From Chiloscyllium plagiosum (Eukaryota): DNA of 64,000 bases. Below are positions 52,526 to 64,000 of this stretch, in pieces. A program made the position numbers and the translations under genes. The stretch's first letter is position 1. Each line of letters starts with the position of its first letter. Location of the stretch: the NCBI RefSeq assembly GCF_004010195.1, contig NC_057718.1, forward strand, positions 105,338,493 to 105,402,492. The letters run 5' to 3'. The notes under the pieces were generated by a model that was not told the DNA's origin, made no database searches, and worked only from the letters and a program-made list of their open reading frames with translations.

Positions 52526-54444
52526 GTAAGTCAAAAGCAAGAATGAGGGTTTCAGCAGCAGATGAACTGAGATGGCAGAGTCAAGGTGGCTTCAACTTGC
52601 CAGTATATAATTGGGAGAAATTGATGCTCTGCCAATGCTAGATGTTGAACAAACAGCATAACTGACCTGAAGCAATCCAAGGGCAGAGAGAGTTTTTTTA
52701 TTAGTTCCTTGGATACAAATGTTGCCAGGTTTAGAATTACTTCTTTGCTCATATTGTGTAATAAAAAAACAATTTTTATACTCTAACCATTTAGGAACTT
52801 AAATAAAGAGTAAAACTGTGCGTAATATTTTGTCAAAGTTGTCTTGATATAATGACTTTTCACATTTTTAGTAATTAAACCTATACTTTTAAACTGGAGA
52901 ATGTTAATGCATTTTTGGACTTGACTAATTGGTAGTTTATGGAGATGCAATCATGCTAATCCTTCTTGTGACTGATAGGTGGAAAGCAAAATGAACATTT
53001 ATTGTGTCGAGAAAATTCAAGCAATTGGGATAAAATCTATGTAAGAAATGAACAGTAAAAAGGTTTAGATAACTAACCTTATGAGTTGAAAGCTTTGAAA
53101 AGTTTGGGTAGGTGGACAGCATCAGAAGTTTTTCTACAATTTGTAGCACCTTTTTTGACGTTCATTCAAGGAGTTTGAGAGCAATAATATTATGACTGCA
53201 AATAGAGAAGGCCTCTGTTTAACTGCATAAATGCAGCAAAGGATTTTCAACCTTAACCCTGCTATAATGGCCTGAGACAAGTGGTGAGATCACAATTTGG
53301 ATGAGCGTGATTATTTGCTAACGACAATACATAAATGGAGCGGGTTCTTAACACCGTGCGCACTCTGGCATTATCGCATTACTGGGATCCTTTGTTGCTT
53401 CCCAGACAGGAATATAAAAGCAATCTATCCCATAGTGAAACTGGCTCCAGAAGCATTTTCCTGATAAGGGGAACCCCTGCCCTTCATGAGTGGCTGGTCC
53501 AGTGAGCTTAGCTGTATGGCTAATCCTCAGAAAATGGTTTGATTATTGCTGACCAGAAATAGCAAAATTGTATTTCTTCTTGCTATCAAACTCTATTAAT
53601 TCCTTAGGTAGGTTACAGCACAATTTCTTATATGACATGTAGATGATACAATTTTTGTATTTTAATAATGTTGTGCTGACAACCTTTTTTTATAGGAGTA
53701 CAGGAGAAAAACTGAAAATTATAATTTTAAATGTACTGCTAATTCTGTCACTATATTGTAATATCAGAACACTTGCCAATTCAGTACAGCTACCATATGC
53801 TTCCCTAACAATGGAGATTTAAAGTTTTTTATACATTATCCTCTTTTCTTTTATCTGGAATCTTCTTCTTGAGTTCTCTGCCCAAGCGCAGGGCCAACCC
53901 ACAGTGCTGCAATCACCAGGGGTAGGGCAAAGTAGGGTTAGGGAAAGGGGATCAAACCCCGTGCTGTTAGCATTAATCTGATTCACAACAGCTGCCAGTC
54001 AACTCAGCCAACTAGGTCCCCAAAGAGTCCAAGTTGCTGTGGCAACATATACCTTGCCGTGCCTTTTGTAGCTGAGAGCTATGGATAGTAATGTGAGAGG
54101 TTTCACTTTCTTTCTATCACTTGGCAGAGCAGGAATACCTCCCCTTAACTCCATACCATTGGTCATGGTGGGAAGGATCTACGGGTTGCTGCTCAGCCAG
54201 TTTGACAATGTTATGAACACACCTTCCTCAGCCATCAAGTCCTGGAGTGGGACTTGAACCCAGATCTTCTGGCTCAGAGGCAGGAACACTACCAACCTAA
54301 TCACAAGACCCAGCTCATGGGTTAGATAGCTAGTAAAATAAGATTAATTATATTGAAGCAAAGTGAAATCAGGAACCATTTTATTATGCAGACTATTTCA
54401 GTACAATCCAGTGGTTTTAACATGACAGTTCTGTTTCTTTATAG

Positions 54445-54636
54445 ATTTCTTACATCAATTTACCAGGCCCTACAGGACGAAGGGTAGAACGTTGCTTAGC
54501 CATTAATTACATACAGGATATGGTGATCTGCTGGTGGAAAACAGTTCATGGGGATGCCTGGCCTTGGTCTCCAATATCTAGTGAAAGCGACAGAGCTAAT
54601 ATGGTGTTGTTGAGTTGCACAAATGGCCGAATTGAG
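54445..54636 (+). CDS. WDPCP: WDPCP coding exon (ISYINLPGP...VICWWKTVHGDAWPWSPISSESDRANMVLL...GRIE)
   Basis: 192 nt, tttctttatAG / GAG|gtaaaa, phase 0-0. Contains the CWW..DAWPW.PISSE.DRAN motif of WDPCP. Confidence 0.96.
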
Positions 54637-55527
54637 GTAAAATATTTCATTACCCAGAATTACACTGAATTGAACATAATTTATATTATGTGATCTTTGT
54701 TTCCCCATTTTACCGAGTCAATTATACTATTTGTTAAGGCCTTTTATGCAGGGTACATTGGGAAATTTCCTAACTTTTTCTTTATTTTCATCCCTACTCT
54801 AGTTGCCTGACTGAAACCCCTGTAGCTGAGTGTTAGGTGCACATTCCATTTTATAAGCTAATACTCATTTGCCCAATTTTATGTTGGGGCCATCAGACTA
54901 ATTAGGACTTATCTCTCCATTTGCAACATGCATCATTAGGAATGGAGTTCAACAGATATGAATCTGCTTCCTTTCCTAACTCAGGACTTTGTATTTATTT
55001 AATTCTGTTTTATATTACATGTAGAAGAAATTGCAAGTAAAGTTCTGTTTGCAACTCTGATGCATGTACAATATTATTAAAATATGAAATGGATTTGCTG
55101 TTCACCTCTAATTAAGGTGATGTTTGTGATTTTTGTCTGCAACTTTGAGAAAACTAGCTACTTTAGTTATCACACCATGAAGTAAATCAAGTCTCAGTTT
55201 TTCTTCAGAAACTTCAATCATAGCAATCTGACTTATACATTTTCTTTGTTCATTTTCAACTTGCAAGTTAAGCCAATTTTCTCCTCAGAGTGTTCCATTT
55301 GAAGCTTGTTATTTGCTTCAGTTTATGATTTCATGGACTTTCTTGCAGTGGCCATGCAAAGGATGTATAAAATTGAAACACTTACAGGCTATTTCTTAAA
55401 CATTGCAATTTGACATGCTTCATTTTATTGGATTTTTTTTAAGAGACAGCATTAATGGTAATTACTCCATTGAAAGAATATAATCAATCATATTGTCCTT
55501 TCTTTGAAACAACGTGAATCAGAACCA

Positions 55528-56592
55528 GTGACATCCCAGTATTCTGCTCTTAATGTAGATATATTTTAAATGGTTTTGCACAGATATTTGTTGAAGCTGC
55601 ATTCTTTCAATCAACACTTGCCTTGCTATAGGCATTTGTTTTACCGCAATTGTTTTCACTCTTACTTCCTTTCTCATTCCCTTCTTTAACAATAAGGGAG
55701 ATGAAACAATTTGAGGCTTAGACTGATATATGAATCAGTAACTGCTTTCTCAACACTTTTATGCAGTTACTTTTAAATTCTAAATCACTCCGTAATAAAC
55801 AGTTCTATGATAAAAATTTGCTTTAAAATGTTGAAGTTGTTCTGTTGTTTATCACACTACTGAAGATTAAGCCCTGCTTAGAGATTTTAATAGTTTTTTG
55901 CAGAAAGTTAATTTGTAAAGGTAAAAAAAATTTAAGACAACCAATATATGTTTTTAATAATGGTGTAGATTTTCAAGCGTATAGCTGGACACAGCAGGAC
56001 CTGCCAACAGCTGATTTATAAAAAGCATTGTCCCCACAGGGGCCTCTCGCGTTAACCTAATTTTAATACTTACAATAAGATTTTCACTTTTAAGGGCTGC
56101 TGACAGAAGATGAAGGGAGCATCTAAGCAATTCCAGCCACTTAACAATAAATGGCCATGTGAAGCAAATGTTGTGTTTGTCTTCAAAAGGACTATGCACA
56201 GTTTTAAAGCAGAATTGAATCTTTTTGAAGGCCTTTTGTGATTTCCAGGAGACAGTGACCAGCACAATACATGTAGCATGCATCAGAATCTTGGGCATTA
56301 GAACCACAAAACTCAAATCTTATATTGTCTTCCATTGCACACAAGTTCCTCTCTTCTTTCTTCTCTTCCTCCTTTTAGATCCTCACCATCCACCTTTTAG
56401 TCTGTTTTTATAATTCCTGGGATGTGGGTGTCGCTGGCCAGCCCATTTGTTGATCATCTCTAGTTGCTCTTGAGAAGGTGGAGGTGCAATTACTTTTTAC
56501 TTTTACTTTCTTCATCTTCCCCACACTCTTTTCTACTATTTCCCTTCTAACCCCCTTGCTGACATGGGCCCAGTTATCCTAGCATTTCCTCA
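55528..56592 (-). repeat. Copy 2 of the long inverted duplication
   Basis: Reverse complement of 42120-43387, lacking the 42424-42591 insertion. Confidence 0.92.
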
Positions 56593-56689
56593 CCTGTGAT
56601 GTCTCAGCAGTGCCACTACTTCAAATAAAAGTTTAAATCGCTTTACCATGCATCCTGCTCAATTTGGGATCAATCCTAACCATAAATTC

Positions 56690-58490
56690 AGACTTTACTG
56701 AAGATGCCCTTCAGCCCATCAGGTCTGCTGCAACAAAAACTATTCCAAATGTACTGTAGTCCCACTTTCCCACACTTTCCCCAGAGCCTTGAATGTTAAG
56801 ACATTTCAAGTTCTCATCCAAGTATTTTCTTTAAAGTTCATGAGGTGTCCTTAGCTAACCATTAGCTAAACCACCTTGCCTGTACATCCCTGGAGACTAT
56901 AGGGCAATATTTAGCATGGCCAATCCATCTAAACTGCACATCTTTGAACAGTGGGAGTGCCTAGAGGAAATCCAAGCAGATGGGGAGAACGTGCAGACTC
57001 TACATTGGAAGTTGCACAAGGCTGGAATCAAACCCGTGTCCCTCGTGCTGTGAGGCAGCAGTGCTAATCATTGCGCCATGAGCTATCTCATCACTTGTCA
57101 TCATTGAGTACTCCCCCGTCTTGTTCTTTCTTCTAAAGTGCATTACCTCACATTTGTCAAGGTTAAATTCCATCTGCCACTCATATTCTCCTATAGCCTA
57201 AGACTTTCTTCCTATTATCATGTACCTGGTGAATCTTGGTGTCATCCATAAACTTACTTTCACCCCCCCCACTCCACCCCCATTATATATATCCCTATGT
57301 TATGCCACTGGAAACTGGCCTCCAGTCACAGAAACAGCCTTCTACCACCATCCTTTATCTCCTGTTGCTAAGCTAATTTTGGATGCAACTTGCGAAGTTT
57401 CCCTGGATCCCATATGTTTTTACCTTCTTTATCAGACCCTCATATGGGACCTTGTCAAATGCTTTTCTGAAATAAATATAAACTACATCAACTAGACTAA
57501 TGGGAAGAGGTCTCATGAATAAAGAAAATGCTGTGTTGCAATAGAGCCCCAATGTCTTTTTAACACACTCACTACCTCCAATGCTTACCCTGCTAGTAAT
57601 ATCTAGTCGGACTGGTCTTTTCAGAGCCATTGAAGTGTACTTGAAGGACTGATAAAGACCCATCAATGAAAAAAATTCCCAATCTTGAGGAGACATCATA
57701 TTTAAATTGAGGGCCAGCAAATGATGATACCCTCCTGGATCAGGACTTGCTACTTGCTTTACCATCAAGATGTACTTTGGCTATTGCTTCTCAATATTTC
57801 CACAGCTCTTAATATGTTTGCTAATGTCTCCTCTGCTATAGAGGATATCATCTGAATCTCTCAGTTTGCAGTACCTAAATGTATTAACTAGGTAACCAAT
57901 GCCCAGGGCTGAACTGTAAATTAATTTACCTTTGACTATTACAGCCAGAGAGTCTGGAGATTTATGTCAGTGACTGCCTTGCCCTGAATCCAAGAGAAAG
58001 GGGTACCATGTTTAGTTTATAAAAGAAAATTGAAGCTGCTTTGAATGGGATTTGGAGTTTAAGCTTCCTAAGATGTTTAAAGGCAACATCTCAAGAGGAT
58101 AAGAAGAATGTTAGAGATTATGGCAGGAAGCATAAAGTACAGCAATTGTGATGTAATATTGAATGTACACAACCTTATTTAGACTACAGTTGGAGCAAAG
58201 TGTCCAGTTTTGGATCTACACAATAAGAAAGATGTTGAGGCAAAAAAAACAGCTCAGGATAGATTCATTTAAATGCTGCCTGGTGTGAGCAAGCATAAAT
58301 ACAGAGAAAAGTATTTAAAAATTGGACTATTTTAATTAGAACAGGAAATTATGTAATGATTTGGTAAAGCTGTTAATCATGGTATCAGCCATTACTGCAC
58401 ATTTTAAGTTGCCCTTAAAAGATAATTAGCTACATTTCTCTTGCAAACAGCTGAGACAGACTTGACAGGCTGAATGGCCTTACTAATCTA
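56690..58490. mobile_element. CR1 fragments and a degenerate V-SINE (about 56860-57080, -)
   Basis: VDVVYIYFRKAFDKVPYEGLIKKVKTYGIQG in ORF 57373..57768, and ctcgtgctgtgaggcagcagtgctaa. Confidence 0.7.
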
Positions 58491-60330
58491 TGAGTCCATG
58501 ATACTATGATAATAAGTTTGTCCCATTTTAACATTTAAGAATAGATTAAATAAATGGATGAAGAAAAAAGCAATAAAGGGATATGAAAACAGCTGGGGGT
58601 CATAATAATTAAGGGCATGTATGGAGGACAGACAACAGGGTGTCCTGGTGGGGGCCACAGCCAGTACCTGTGATGTAATTTCCATTTTGTCTTTGTCATA
58701 TTAGTTAGCTGACAGTTATCATTACATTAAATATGTCATGAATGCTGCCCTCAAGGTGTTTGTAAATGTACTCTTATCTACAAGAATCAAATAAATCAAG
58801 AGGTAGCCATTATCTTCATCCAGGTAACTGGATTCCCAAAGGGCAGGGTAAAGTCACCCTATTAACTTCATCAATAGATGTAGATTTAAACTGTAATCTA
58901 TCCAGACAAAAATGGTATTTATAGATCCAGCATGATTGACCCAGAGATTTTCACTGTTTCAGTAGCAATCTGTCCCCAGTTTGAGCTGGTGTTTAAATGA
59001 TGTGCAGGACAAAGTGGGGGAATCTGGTGGAGGAAGCATCACCCTGGACTTGTGTCAGGTTACTTGTAATGTTCAGCACTTGAGGCTCAAAAAAAGCATT
59101 AATTTCAAGAAGGTGCTTTCTGACTTAAGGTGTGACTAAGCAATAACATAATGCCTTTTGAGTCTTGAGATTTTCTACAGAAAGAACAAGCTCTGGATGT
59201 GGCCAGTTCCATTTCCAACCTGAATCTGACAGCTGTCCTCCAATCTTGCCACTGAGTCTGTTTCTAAGTTGCAGAACCTTCTCTGAATGTCCATTGAGAG
59301 ATCTGAAGCAACTTTTCCTCCATGTTGGAATGTGTGTCGGTCTTTCCCTTGCAAAGAACACAAAGATCGAGGCATGCCATAAAAGAATTTAACATGTGGC
59401 ATTTGTTTCCCATATTTGGGGTACATGTCTTTGGGCGAGCTATCCAATAATATTCCAGTACAAGGAGGCGATATTAGCTGCAGGCAATGGAATTGTCTCT
59501 TCACCTTGTACTTAATTTTACAGAAAATGTGAAAGTTGAATGATATAACAGGAGATGAATGCATGGAAGAGGTGGGATGGAGGGGGCTCTAGTGCTTGCT
59601 ACACATTGTTCTTTCTTTTACATTATATGCTGCTGGACGTGGTGAGAGGAGGAGTAATGCTTTCAGCAATATTCTATCTTTCTAGCACAAAATAGCCCTT
59701 TTTGTTGAAGTAGAAACAGTCAATGCCACAAACCTCCAGGCTCCCTAGCAAATGACTCCTTGGCTACTAGAACCATTTTCTTCATGCCATTACCTCTACC
59801 AGCATTATTTCTGAGAATCTGTAGACTTTGTTATTTGCAGGTCTTACCCCACCAACTTTCCCACAATCGCCCACATTGCTGTTTTTATTATTGCTTTGCA
59901 AACTTCAGTTGCAGCTCTTATGCATGCACGTGCAGGTTGGCAGCTGCTAAAACTTTTAATTGCTGCCACAAATCTGATTTATTTTCTTCCTAGCAGTGCA
60001 TATCCTTTTCAAAGTAGGATGTTCACTGTAAAGCCACCTTACATTTTACATTACATCCTTCTCAAAAATGTGATTGGATGCCAGTGGGATTAATGGTCAG
60101 TTGGACAGTCTGCCACATGATTGTTTTGATGACATTAGGAAAATCCAGCCATTGGTGTCTGAATGTTTTTAAATATTACGCATTAATTTACAAACACAAG
60201 TACTATATTTTCCAATAAGTTGTCTTCTGATTCATAAATGTATAAGTAGGGATAATATAGCAGCAACTGTTCAGAATGATACTAACTATTCATTGTGTTT
60301 AATTTGTGTACTGTTTCTCTTTCTTTTCAG

Positions 60331-60940
60331 ATTTTAAGCTTCATCCGCACAGAAGGTGATCCACTTGATGCTGGTTTCAGTATTAATCAGCCATATCAGG
60401 TCCACACAGTAGAATGCTTTGTCGGCCAAGACAAAGAGCCAATGGCAGACAGCTGCATCTATGAGTGTACTCGGAATAAATTACAGCGCGTGGCAGTCAT
60501 TAGCATCCCATTGAGATCCAAAGCCATTTGCTGCAGCAGAAATATTATAGAAGACAAGCTTGTTTTAGGTTGTGAGGATTCTTCACTGATTTTATATGAT
60601 GCTCATCGCAGGGTAACTTTACTAGCTCAAGCTGATCTTTTGCCTTCTTTGATAGCATGGCACCCTGATGGTGCACTAATTATGGTGAGCAGCTATCAAG
60701 GTGAAATTCAGTGTTATGACATGGCACTGTCACCAATGAAGATGCAGTTGTTAACAGAGGACATAAACCCTGTGACCAAACTTCAACTCAACCAGCATTT
60801 TGCTATAACAAGTAGATTGGCACAGATTCAGTGGACAGTTTCCCAGGTCATTCCTTCAAGTAGTGACAGCCTCGATTTACATGATCGCATGTTTCTGAGA
60901 TTTGATAAAGGGCCTGTTGGAGTACTTTGTTTGAAACTAG
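60331..60940 (+). CDS. WDPCP: WDPCP large coding exon (ILSFIRTEGDPLD...EPMADSCIYEC...EDKLVLGCEDSSLILY...DMALSP...GPVGVLCLKL)
   Basis: 610 nt, ttcttttcAG / G|gtaagc, phase 0-1, inside ORF 60295..60999. Strong match to the WDPCP/fritz WD-like region. The gene continues beyond the window. Confidence 0.97.
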
Positions 60941-62390
60941 GTAAGCTCTCTGCTACTTTTCAGTATATTTGTTCAGTCCTTTGTAATATTTTATTATGAA
61001 GTGCATAAATAGTTTATAAAGTTCTTCAGTTTCTTTTAATTTATTTGTTTAAATTTCAAATCTGTGATCCATATCATATCCTCGATTAACTGGCATCTTC
61101 ACATCCACTTGTGAAATATACTTGTACACAATGGCCTTGGTTTCACAGTCAATGGCAAAGCAACAACAATCACTGCTAGTCTTGTAGAAAGCTGCCCACA
61201 TTGCTTTAGGTACCTTGGATGTCTATTTCTTCTTTTTTGCTAATAGTTTTGAATCTGGCACCAAGTCAGAGGGTTCTCCAGACATTAGTAGTCGTAATGT
61301 CAACCAGCAGAGTAAGAAGCAAATTAAATAGAATTATTCTCACATTCAGGAATCCATAAAGTTGAATTCTTTTGCTCTTAATTTATGTTTTCAAATAGTG
61401 AAATAAATGCTTATAATTGGATTAAGACGAAAATGATATATTTGAAATGAAAGGCCCTTTTAAAAAATATAGTAATGATATTTAACATTCCTCAAATATA
61501 AAATTGTTTTTTCAGGGCCAGTAAGGATTTTTTGTAGTAAATTTTAAGTCAGTACATGATTAAAATCTCATTTAACATGATTCAAAAAACTATACATTTT
61601 TCAAAGGTTTTTACAGCCAGACAAATATAATGAGTGAAAGTCTGGTTAATTCAATGTTTGTTTACTGTGGAGGACTTCACAACATACATTCTGGGCAAGG
61701 TTACAATCACTGACAGCTTCCAAAAACTTCCAGTTTTCCATTTTCCAAATTCCACAGACTCTAGAAATTTCAGTTTCAATGATTTGATTATGGTAAATAC
61801 TGATTGTTTTTGCTGTCATTATCATCTCAAAATCTAGGCCATTGTATAATACATATTTTTAATAACTTGCGAAAAGAATTAAATGGTTCAGTCGTAATAT
61901 AGTACATGTGGAAAGAAATTAAAGCAGTTTAATAAGTGTGTAAAATGTCCAATTTATAATGTCATGATCAGGAATGGATTATCAATTTTTCAATAAGTTA
62001 GTCAAATTTATGAAAAATTGACTACGGATTTCCCTGAAACTTTTATGTCACAGAAGTGATTAGGTATGATGTGTTTCAAAACGAAAGAATAATCCACTTG
62101 TTTACTAGTCCTACTAATTTATTAAAACACAAAGTTAGATATTTCTCTCCAACATTTTTTAAAGTTTAACTTGATTATAATGAAGTCAGCCAGGTGGACC
62201 TCACACGTATTCCCTGATTGGGGCTGTTAATATAGTCCAATCTGGGAGCCCTGTCAGACAGATATAAACAGGAATGAAGCACTACCGCAGTTAGGCGGTA
62301 GTGTGGGGGTTAAATAAAGGGGAAAAAAAGAGAAAAAAAAAGAATAGCAATGTCAGATATCTCGTTAACTCTAAAAAAAATAGGAATGTC

Positions 62391-62462
62391 GTGATGGTGG
62401 TATACTGGCAAGCGTTGCTGCCTTCCATGCAGTTGATCCGGGTTCAATTTCCAGCCATTGCA
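62391..62462 (+). pseudogene. tRNA-Gly(TCC) pseudogene
   Basis: 72 nt, colinear with vertebrate Gly-TCC (GCGTTGGTGGTATAGTGG...GCTGCCTTCCAAGCAGTTGACCCGGGTTCGATTCCCGGCCAACGCA). Anticodon TCC at 62424-26. Substitutions affect the A box and T stem, mostly consistent with CpG decay. Confidence 0.8.
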
Positions 62463-62466
62463 CCCT

Positions 62467-62528
62467 GGTAGCGTGGCCAAGCGGCTCCAGTCTCTAAGGA
62501 TGCGTGGGTTTGAATCCCACTGCTGCCA
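62467..62528 (+). pseudogene. tRNA-Leu pseudogene lacking most of the anticodon arm
   Basis: GGTAGCGTGGCCAAGCGG joined to CTCCAGTCTCT..GCGTGGGTTTGAATCCCACTGCTGCCA, matching Leu-AAG/TAG type with a 20-nt deletion between GG microhomologies. Confidence 0.8.
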
Positions 62529-64000
62529 TTTGTGTGGATTGCAAGTTGTACTGCCATGAGTTCAGTGTTTAATAGTGCTCTATTTAAACTCTGAGGGAGC
62601 TGGATCAGTGTGGGAATGAAGGACTCTGCTCTTTTCCCTGTGTTAGAAGAGGAGAGGAGACTGATTCTGTGTCCTTGCATTAAGGAGGAGTTTATTTTGA
62701 AGTTCTTTGGTTTTTTTTCCTTTTATTGTTTATTGAGATTATTTGTTTGTTTGTTTTCTGGCTTTTCTTTTTTTTTGCTTATTTGAAGCTGTGTTCAGCT
62801 GCGCAGGCAGCTTATTACAATCACCGCTGCTGCTACAGCTTGGGCCTGCTCCTACTACTGGAGCCTGGACCTTCCCTCACTGTTGCTGCTGCCTGGGCCT
62901 ACCTACACCTGGGGCCTGCTGTAACTACTACTGCCTAGGCCCACCCACACCTAGGCCTGTTTCCACTGCAAAAGGAAAAAAATAAATAAATACAAATGTC
63001 CCCCTCCAACTCTATTTTGATTTAATCCCTGCCCTCCCCTCCCCTTATCTGTTTGATCACCCAGCATTGCCTTTAAGAAGGGTACTGCTTGTCACTGGCC
63101 ACTCGGGTGATTCCTTTCTTCCTGGTGGTGGAATATAAATAAAGATGAACACACTCCTTGTTTTTCACTGTGTCCGACACCTGCACAAACACGACATGGG
63201 TGCTGAGGGAAAATAAGCACTACCACTTTCAGGCAGTGGTGTGGGGGAAAAGAGAGAAAAAATATAGCAATGTCAGACATCAGGGCACTGAGGGAGCTGG
63301 ATCAGTGTCAAGGAATTTCCACATGCAAATAAAGGATGATTTGGTGACAGGATACCAGCCCTTATGGAGTTATTACAAGTTTCTCCTATATGATTCAAAT
63401 ATGGCTTGCAACCAGAGGAGGCCATTTGATGCATGATGTTCATGCTGACTGTACTCAGGCTATCACCAACTCCAGAGAATTGGCAGTTCACACAAACCTG
63501 CTTAGTTCGACAGACAGGAACAGTGTAAGATTGGATTGGTCAATGAGAGATTTTGAAACAAAATGAGGAATAATGTTATTAGAAGCATTTGCTCCAGTGG
63601 TGGATAAATATTGGTAGAAGTTTTTAGGATGAGTGGCCTGTTTCAGTATTGTAATAGCGTGCTCAGTATAAGAATTTATTACTCTGGCATTTGGACTGCT
63701 AAAGAACAAATTCATACAAGTACTTGCCTGTCTGTACACTCTGGTAGAGACATGAGGTTTCACATGCCAACTTTCAGTTAGATTGATTTACAGAGTTAAT
63801 GCTTGAATTCTTTGCATGCTGTGATATGACACCCTCAATTGTAAGAAGCAAGCCAGCATGGTCTTCTGGAATTCAGCTTTCAAAGGGCAGAATTGAGAAG
63901 GGGTGGTGAACAAGCAAATAACAAGCCCATCTCAAATCATTCCATATTGGATGGCCCCCAAGTATAATGTTAAAAGTATTTTTAATAACTGTAGAATAAG

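Larger units (their letters stand above)
62176..63377 (+). mobile_element. LTR-like repeat fragmented by nested insertions
   Basis: T(A)TAATGA start and TTATTACA end, CCAAT (62237) and TATAAA (62264) boxes, AATAAA (63328), and internal ctgagggagctggatcagtgt present twice. Confidence 0.6.

Noticed and set aside
60295..60999. 234-aa single-exon gene
   Set aside because: It is the 610-nt WDPCP exon plus intronic read-through on both sides.
62391..62528. Functional tRNA genes
   Set aside because: Gly has A-box and T-stem mutations, Leu lacks the anticodon, and neither has a clear T-run terminator.

Overview
Vertebrate nuclear DNA, most likely from a shark or other elasmobranch (inferred from HE1/V-SINE, CR1 and Penelope repeat content). 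The window holds the 5' half of WDPCP (fritz, CPLANE complex) on the + strand: nine coding exons from 26759 to 60940, with GT-AG splice sites and consistent phases, giving about 446 codons that continue past the window. The rest is intronic and dominated by nested, decayed transposable elements (CR1, V-SINE, Penelope-like, RTE, Rex1, Gypsy gag/pol and LTRs, Harbinger Myb/SANT remnants, a Tigger-like MITE). There is a 252-N assembly gap. The most notable signals are: (i) many minimal hammerhead-ribozyme cores (CTGANGA-stem II-GAAACGTC) carried by Penelope termini and by short palindromic mini-elements with 13-15 bp target-site duplications; (ii) a ~1.1 kb inverted duplication flanking an in-frame WDPCP exon, one copy of which keeps the empty insertion site of a mini-element; (iii) a tandem tRNA-Gly/tRNA-Leu pseudogene cassette nested in an LTR; (iv) a candidate upstream micro-exon that splices in frame to WDPCP. 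Family assignments come from recalled consensus motifs, not database searches, and most repeat boundaries are approximate.
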